Position numbers and translations under genes: made by a program. From the NCBI GenBank assembly GCA_964016885.1, contig OZ024743.1, forward strand, positions 26,226,001-26,290,000: a stretch of 64,000 bases of DNA, given 5' to 3'. The number at the start of each line of letters is the position of its first letter. Positions within the stretch are counted from its first letter, which is position 1. This document shows, piece by piece, positions 61,801 through 64,000 of this stretch. This DNA is from Eledone cirrhosa. Its lineage: Eukaryota. Under the pieces are notes generated by a model. It did no database searches and was not told the origin of the DNA. It saw only the letters and a list, made by a program, of their open reading frames with translations.

Positions 61801-64000
61801 CTCATTAAATACATTTATTTCATTAGGGTTAGACTGGGGTAAACTACTACAGCAACATACTAAAGATATTATTAATATGTTTTTCCTATTTTTTTTCAAA
61901 ACTTTTATGACTGGTGAAGTGTATTAAAAGATTATTTCAAAAATACTAATGGAAATAAATACTCTAATGAACTCATTTAAATCAAAGCTGATGACTTTAT
62001 ATTATTCTGTCCTTTCTTTTGATAATTTCATTTCAGAATCATTTACATTTAAACAACTTCAAACTTGCATCACAATCTCTTGAATTTGGACTCAGCCATA
62101 ACTTTCAGGTTAGTTATCATTTCATTATTTTCATGAATAGTTAAGGTACGTGGCTTTGTAGTTAGGGAATTTTGCTCACAATCATAAGGTTGTGAGTTCA
62201 ATTCCCAGCGGCACATTGTGTCCTTCAGCAAGACTCTTTATTTCATATTACTCTAGTTCACTCAGCTGGCATAAATGAGTTGTACTTGTAATTCGAAAGG
62301 CCAGCCTTGTCACATTCTATGTCATGCCGAGAACTATGTTAAGGGTACATGTGTTTGTGGAATGCTCAGCCACTTGCATGTTAATTTCACGAGCAGGCTA
62401 TTCCATTGATCGGATTAACTGGAACACTCGTCTTTGTAATCGATGGAGTGACTTCCATTTTCATTAATGGCCATACTTTATCATACTCATTAATTTTTAT
62501 TATAAAAATATCCTGTCTAACTTAATTTAATGATAAATAGTTGTTGTTATGATTTTAAACAAAACTGTATTTCTTTTTAAATCTTTATTTTACTGTTCTC
62601 TTATAGGTTCGAGATCATCCTATATATCATTTGATTAGAGCACGAATACAGAAAAAGCAAGGAGAGTTGTCTGATGCTTTGCAGACATTGAAATTTGCTA
62701 TGAATCTTCCAGGAATGAAGATATCTGGTTAGAATAGTGTTTTGTTTTGTTTTGTCGTTGATGTTTTTTTGGGGTTTTTTTGCGGCAAGATTTTTGCATC
62801 TTATTAAAAATCAAGGAAAACTTACATATTTCCTAAAGATATTCAACAACTGTTTAGTGTCGTGTTTGGTAGATAACATAGATTAGGGATAATGAATGAA
62901 AAGGTGGCAGGAGCCAAATAACTTTTCTTACTCCTTCCACATATTTTTCTCACCAACAGAGATCCAAGCTAAACAAACAAAATATTTATATTAAATACTT
63001 CATCATCTGCTTAAGATAACATCGCTAATATTAATATAAATAAAATTATTTGCTAAAGCAAATTTCATATTATTGTGATACTATTTTCTATACAAAAGAA
63101 AATATAAGCAGCTATTGAAATAGAATAAAAACAGACTTTCTAGCATCAGTTCATCCACTGTAGTTCCTGGAATCATATATTTCTCCGGAATTCATATTCA
63201 AAGACAAAGCCACTATTAATTAGATTCTTTTTATTTTTCATTTGTCTGTCTGTTAATGTGAATTGTTATTAATATTTTCTTGTTATTGTATCATTCTAAA
63301 GACAAAATGACCAATAAGGAGAAGAACCAGATTTCTGTAAATGATAAAGTATCTGTCTATCTGGAACTTGCTGACTCACATAAACTTCTTGGGGAACAGG
63401 TAAGGATGTATAAAGCTTGATTCTCAAAAATATCCTTTCATAAAATGTGCTTATATGACACAGAACCAAAAACAAGTCTCCAGTGGGACTATTGCCAACT
63501 TCTAGTTGATACTTTGATGCTACATACCTACACACACATTACCTGAATTGATGTTGCTCCAATTGTATTTTTTCATTCAAGTGTACATATGTTGTTTTAG
63601 TTGTTTGTTTATGATCATCAATCTTAGAGTTTCAATCAACAACTCTATTTCCTATCCCTTGTTCTAGAATGATATCATCCAATTTGTGTAGGTCATTTTA
63701 AAGAACATAGTAATAGACTCATCATTATCATCACCACCACTGCCACCCTCACTACCACTCTGTTTATCAGACTTATACAGACAGAAACAACAGTTGTAAA
63801 ACTACCAAACTGAAAACAAAGCTTTGTTTCAGATAGGTTATTAAATGAAAAATCAATTTATTGATAAATTTTGCAATCAATTAAATCCATCCTTAATTGC
63901 TCTTTTCAATTTTTAGCACGAAGCAGCTAAAGTAATGCAGGATGCAATAAATGAATTTCAAGGCACACCTGAAGAAATAAGAATCACAATTGCTAACGTA
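20522..64000 (+). CDS. TTC21B: TTC21B/IFT139 gene span (19 coding exons in window; 3' part lies outside)
   Basis: The spliced translation matches the IFT139 N-terminal half (e.g. [72 protein letters not shown]). All introns are GT-AG with compatible phases. Confidence 0.95.
20588..20601 (+). promoter_or_regulatory. X-box-like (RFX) motif in intron 1
   Basis: GTTGCCATAACTAC has a perfect 5' half-site and lies 40 bp from exon 1 of a ciliary gene. Confidence 0.45.
20897..21030 (-). mobile_element. Diverged Penelope-type pLTR fragment with HHR 3' half
   Basis: Homologous to ~490-622. Minus strand reads GAAAcgacc..agccGTC. Follows (TA)n. Confidence 0.65.
21333..24098 (-). CDS. CR1 ORF2: APE endonuclease + reverse transcriptase
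   Basis: Motifs [57 protein letters not shown] and RGH. The frame stays open upstream into ORF1 with no AUG. Confidence 0.95.
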   Translation of the reverse strand: MLSLNARSLCNKIHLFESYVRSIDPDFITVTETWAHSLLCDGVFTITGYNLFRKDRINRRGGGVMVYVRSNFSVIPCVDLNESQEEVFFCDIRMTMSTLLLGVVYRPPNYHQDTQLCDILRVAAKKTATYVFIAGDFNHPEIDWETFRWPQGANDFLELVLDSNWSQVVTSPTRGDNTLDLIFTTTPEVVISCTTEEPLGDSDHAMIIANLALEGSNKNQSHLQSACFDWKRADWNLYCTELQRPNWHEMYNSGDVNSILQSILDSIWIACAASVPRKRKNNHPKSAIWETSAVRLARKERRNAEREYKLHRSDANRKKRNKSSNHLKQVTKKAVLEFEQCIATNPDSKVFWKYVHSKQRPHSPVGPLRNPHTSQITDDPKECAELIAECYASIFTVENQNVPSPPSLTSNSITTMEFTPAMLRRHLKNKRNYASPGLDGVTYLLLKRGGDFLLRQLSFFFQYCLSNGATPEQWKTASVIPLFKKGNRMSPVNYRPVSLTSCMAKLMESCVRETLWNFWSSHSLIRPSQFGFIPNSSCCDQLIEFLEDITRITDSGSWVDVVYLDFAKAFNSVPHKRLMAKLSAMGVRDDLFDWLKSFILSRKEVVTVLGQHSSPYEMSSGVPQGSVLGPLLFVAYINDIDANLQNATVLKYADDIKLYLEIKRTDPEIYNSFLQSDLDTMQQWITDWQLKLAVDKCTTMHFGRKNPASTYSLHNTDIKKSSCERDLGITVSNDLRWTKHVSKIVKKAEGVLASLSKTFVSRSPAIYLKLYTAMVRPHLEFASSVWNPYLARNIDLLETVQRRATKRIPSIRHLPYSERLASLGMDSLKLRRLAVDLVNTHKVFNHLANCNPERLFDLHVSNTRGHAYKIRKQHSSHDFRRHFFTLRVAETWNKLPASIVSCRDTASFKTLMLPEIRQNYT
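24155..25531 (-). CDS. CR1 ORF1: PHD-like Cys cluster, polyQ/H repeats, coiled coil, RRM-like C-terminus
   Basis: ATG at 25531 (MGRNNK); CHIC..WVECGTC..CLQC..FQCLAC; [16 protein letters not shown]; ends GN*. Confidence 0.85.
   Translation of the reverse strand: MGRNNKIAMVISIDEICDKTGRCPKIEHCPENHICHICAEPENSFRNRWVECGTCRISVCLQCATGFRRIPGQKKRHHNAMMDGIWEMVQLKSWSFQCLACVPASTNVIDVIEKQQQQQKPMTVSSSTIVTEQRQKPMTLASTVIPVGEHQKQQQPMSSTPSTSRHQQLVTVSSPNIPVEEHHHHQQQQQQQPATVSSPAIPVEEHHHHQQQQQQQQQPATVSSPAIPVEEHHHQQRQQQQQQQQQQQPTSTDFAELQLMISALRKEVAGIEASIRVGLHNEGSYRNALLKNLPVPLAGKTEKTAESATHEVIAIGVPEDKADLQAFAASSAKDLGCVPPKGALRLGRPGPKPRLIRLSFSDPAEATSYHLASAKAGRENRITFRTRPGLPSHVRPKLRAAASLNRNSAQDESFSLRDDGQIWRFVKAGETWKRDTSWSECDLPTITGNVKTATTLGN
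27930..28405 (+). mobile_element. Two SINE/RTE-type 3' tails ending in (GAT)n
   Basis: TTAGGAAGGGCATCCAGCTGTAGAAA...CCCATGCTAGC occurs twice. The same module is in the RTE 3' UTRs and at about 40130-40310, 47390-47720, 50760-50935, 51250-51590 and 57600-57755. Confidence 0.7.
29637..29766 (+). CDS. TTC21B: TTC21B exon 2
   Basis: [12 protein letters not shown]...[12 protein letters not shown]; AG/GT; 130 nt. Confidence 0.92.
30570..32890 (+). mobile_element. Old degenerate RTE LINE (sense, intron 2)
   Basis: Frameshifted homology to the 37479-39635 ORF ([22 protein letters not shown]); ends in (GAT)n. Confidence 0.85.
33027..33137 (+). CDS. TTC21B: TTC21B exon 3
   Basis: [31 protein letters not shown]; 111 nt; phase 1-1. 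Confidence 0.9.
33343..33480. repeat. Minisatellite, ~32-bp unit, about 4 copies
   Basis: gaggagtgtggtgttatgtgtgtgcaatg(a/g)aa repeated. Confidence 0.85.
34637..34840 (-). mobile_element. Deu/Nin-like tRNA SINE
   Basis: Reverse complement of the 19478 family. Further copies at 36412-36622 (-), 43125-43270 (+) and 49150-49342 (+). Confidence 0.75.
35048..36404 (-). mobile_element. 5'-truncated RTE LINE with a frameshift
   Basis: Highly similar to 37102-38445; (CAT)n tail; possible ATATAA TSD. Confidence 0.9.
37102..39626 (-). mobile_element. 5'-truncated RTE LINE inserted in a SINE, TSD ACTGTCCA
   Basis: TSD at 37094-37101 and 39627-39634; (CAT)n tail; RT ORF; APE domain absent. Confidence 0.92.
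37479..39626 (-). CDS. RTE reverse transcriptase (truncated ORF, open for ~715 codons) with a Cys/His-rich insert
   Basis: Motifs [51 protein letters not shown] and GRPRKTW. Confidence 0.85.
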   Translation of the reverse strand, partial: KEEHLESYNIEEQWEFLKANLLMAADEVSGWSRPIGRRRITWWWNSKVEESIKAKKKAWKVWRDGGSRAEYQVARREARRQVYFARREAEERKFKHVLQREVFRIARQCVKENHDIVGEKCVLNDDGVLAITDADKKVAWKCHYERLLNEENKWENDSLPHIDPIEGPAVLVEGSIISKAIKDMKTGKAAGPSEIVAEMLKASGMVGHTMVTRIVNQVIQNGVVPKDWRSIIIINCYKSKGDAQDRSNYRGIKLIDQVMKVTEKVIAQLIRERIDLDEMQFGFLSGKSTTDTLFIVRQLQEKYLAKSKPLYLAFVDLEKVFDRVPCSIIWWALRKLGVDEWLVRAIQAMYKETVSKVRINNEYSEEFSVKVGVHQGSILSPLLFIIAVQAITVEFKTGCPWELLYADDLTLIAESMAELEKKFQTWKHGLESKGLKINLSKTKVLVCRKENRAPVPSGKWPCSMCRKGVGRNSILCPKCKVWVHKRCSGITGKLTKNIDFICGRCSGAISSSKCPQNTSSFNCTDGSIEIVDSFRYLGDKISSGGGCSESTVARVRVLIPLLTAKGFSLKMKGRLYDACIRTAMLHGNEAWALCAEDIRRLERNEACMLRWMCNSNIRERQSINELREKLEIRGIRCCLLERRLRWYGHVMRMKDNSCIKKCRAIKIDGSHGVGRPRKTWDDLINSDLTHLHLSKTMSLDRDLWRYIVIQKTRLT
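39934..39998 (+). CDS. TTC21B: TTC21B exon 4
   Basis: [21 protein letters not shown]; 65 nt; phase 1-0. Confidence 0.92.
40320..40655. repeat. Degenerate pentamer satellite (CTGAT/CCAAT/CTGGT)
   Basis: Seen directly. Confidence 0.85.
40835..40918 (-). ncRNA. Degenerate type-I HHR motif (GUG triplet, likely inactive)
   Basis: Minus strand reads gtat-CTGATGA-gatctcaa..ttgatatc-GAAA-c aatt g-TG-atat. Confidence 0.5.
42038..42876 (-). mobile_element. Internally deleted LTR retroelement inserted in a SINE head, TSD GCAG
   Basis: 5' LTR 42876-42541; tRNA-Trp PBS 42539-42522; 3' LTR 42354-42038 lacking its first 18 nt; GCAG at 42034-37 and 42877-80. Confidence 0.88.
43272..43675. mobile_element. 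Foldback MITE (imperfect ~400-bp hairpin)
   Basis: Nested inverted matches, e.g. gattcttcctctatatctctttctcactt against aagtaagaaagagatatagaagaagaatc. Related fragment at ~40655-40750. Confidence 0.65.
44440..44699. mobile_element. Old piggyBac-type MITE (second family)
   Basis: TTAACCCTTTTG...CAAAAAAGTTAA; homologous copy at ~55070-55320. Confidence 0.55.
44724..44825 (+). CDS. TTC21B: TTC21B exon 5
   Basis: [28 protein letters not shown]; 102 nt. Confidence 0.93.
45038..46196 (+). mobile_element. 5'-truncated CR1 copy (same family as the intron-1 element)
   Basis: RT C-terminal half with a 1-nt deletion near 45630; single 3' tail. Confidence 0.92.
46577..46668 (+). CDS. TTC21B: TTC21B exon 6
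   Basis: [27 protein letters not shown]; 92 nt; phase 0-2. Confidence 0.93.
48437..48634 (+). CDS. TTC21B: TTC21B exon 7
   Basis: [25 protein letters not shown]; 198 nt; phase 2-2. Confidence 0.93.
49527..49611 (+). CDS. TTC21B: TTC21B exon 8
   Basis: [28 protein letters not shown]; 85 nt. Confidence 0.92.
49630..50156. repeat. Compound (CTA/CCA)n trinucleotide repeat
   Basis: Seen directly; source of the poly-L/P/V/G/Y ORFs. Confidence 0.95.
51058..51156 (+). CDS. TTC21B: TTC21B exon 9
   Basis: [16 protein letters not shown]...LFSRI; 99 nt. Confidence 0.92.
52531..52723 (+). CDS. TTC21B: TTC21B exon 10
   Basis: CGRNDLILQ...GKIKEAM...[10 protein letters not shown]; 193 nt. Confidence 0.95.
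53798..53895 (+). CDS. TTC21B: TTC21B exon 11
   Basis: IIECQLL...[13 protein letters not shown]; 98 nt. Confidence 0.95.
53995..54190. mobile_element. piggyBac-type MITE (3548 family)
   Basis: TTAA flanks; same TIR and interior. Confidence 0.82.
54330..54665 (+). mobile_element. tRNA-derived SINE (second family)
   Basis: tRNA-like head plus a shared tail (TGTAATTCAAAGGGCC..TGTGGAATGCTC). Copies at 58830-59150 and 62145-62450. Confidence 0.7.
55485..56440. mobile_element. piggyBac-type MITE split by an RTE 3' fragment (55688-56427, minus strand)
   Basis: MITE left part 55485-55687 and right TIR 56428-56440, TTAA flanks. An RTE tail with (CAT)n lies between them. Confidence 0.85.
56602..56709 (+). 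CDS. TTC21B: TTC21B exon 12
   Basis: [13 protein letters not shown]...[14 protein letters not shown]; 108 nt. Confidence 0.92.
56725..56920. repeat. (CAT/CAC)n repeat
   Basis: Seen directly. Confidence 0.9.
57930..58137. mobile_element. piggyBac-type MITE (3548 family, reversed)
   Basis: TTAA flanks; CCCTTTAG...CTAAAGGG. Confidence 0.85.
58663..58755 (+). CDS. TTC21B: TTC21B exon 13
   Basis: [24 protein letters not shown]; 93 nt. Confidence 0.94.
59958..60087 (+). CDS. TTC21B: TTC21B exon 14
   Basis: [11 protein letters not shown]...PGL...LAKVKYLS; 130 nt. Confidence 0.95.
60350..60950 (+). mobile_element. Degenerate RTE 3' fragment
   Basis: [12 protein letters not shown] and [17 protein letters not shown]; RTE-type 3' end. 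Another small RTE piece at 48818-48960 (-). Confidence 0.8.
61089..61174 (+). CDS. TTC21B: TTC21B exon 15
   Basis: [28 protein letters not shown]; 86 nt. Confidence 0.95.
62037..62108 (+). CDS. TTC21B: TTC21B exon 16
   Basis: [24 protein letters not shown]; 72 nt. Confidence 0.93.
62607..62727 (+). CDS. TTC21B: TTC21B exon 17
   Basis: [20 protein letters not shown]...AMNLPGMK; 121 nt. Confidence 0.95.
63302..63399 (+). CDS. TTC21B: TTC21B exon 18
   Basis: [23 protein letters not shown]; 98 nt; phase 1-0. The acceptor is AAG, so the start is slightly uncertain. Confidence 0.85.
63917..64000 (+). CDS. TTC21B: TTC21B exon 19 (runs to the window end)
   Basis: [27 protein letters not shown]. 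Confidence 0.93.

Overview
Eukaryotic, AT-rich, repeat-dense animal DNA. The repeat landscape (RTE LINEs with (CAT)n tails, tRNA-derived SINEs, long TA/CA microsatellites) suggests a coleoid cephalopod such as Octopus; this is an inference. One host gene is present: the 5' part of TTC21B/IFT139 (IFT-A TPR protein, + strand). I traced 19 coding exons with consistent splice phases, from ATG 20522 to the window end. Intron 1 holds an apparently intact antisense CR1-clade LINE whose ORF1 has a PHD-like domain and polyQ/H repeats and whose AUG-less ORF2 follows a G_GGA_AAC -1 slippery site. Later introns hold RTE LINEs, SINEs, piggyBac-type MITEs and a deleted LTR element. The 20 kb upstream is a cluster of transposon relics: a non-autonomous tRNA-Trp-primed LTR element, CRE-clade relics, a Helitron-like element, and a young Penelope-like (probably Naiad-type) RT/GIY-YIG element with 1.15-kb inverted arms. 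The most notable signal is a set of about seven sequence-unrelated hammerhead-ribozyme (HHR)-bearing Penelope-type termini, mostly arranged as foldbacks in (TA)n tracts. One brackets a non-coding, G·U-rich rod-like RNA capped by a hammerhead-shaped junction with a non-canonical core. All coordinates and base pairings were read by eye; no searches or folding programs were run.
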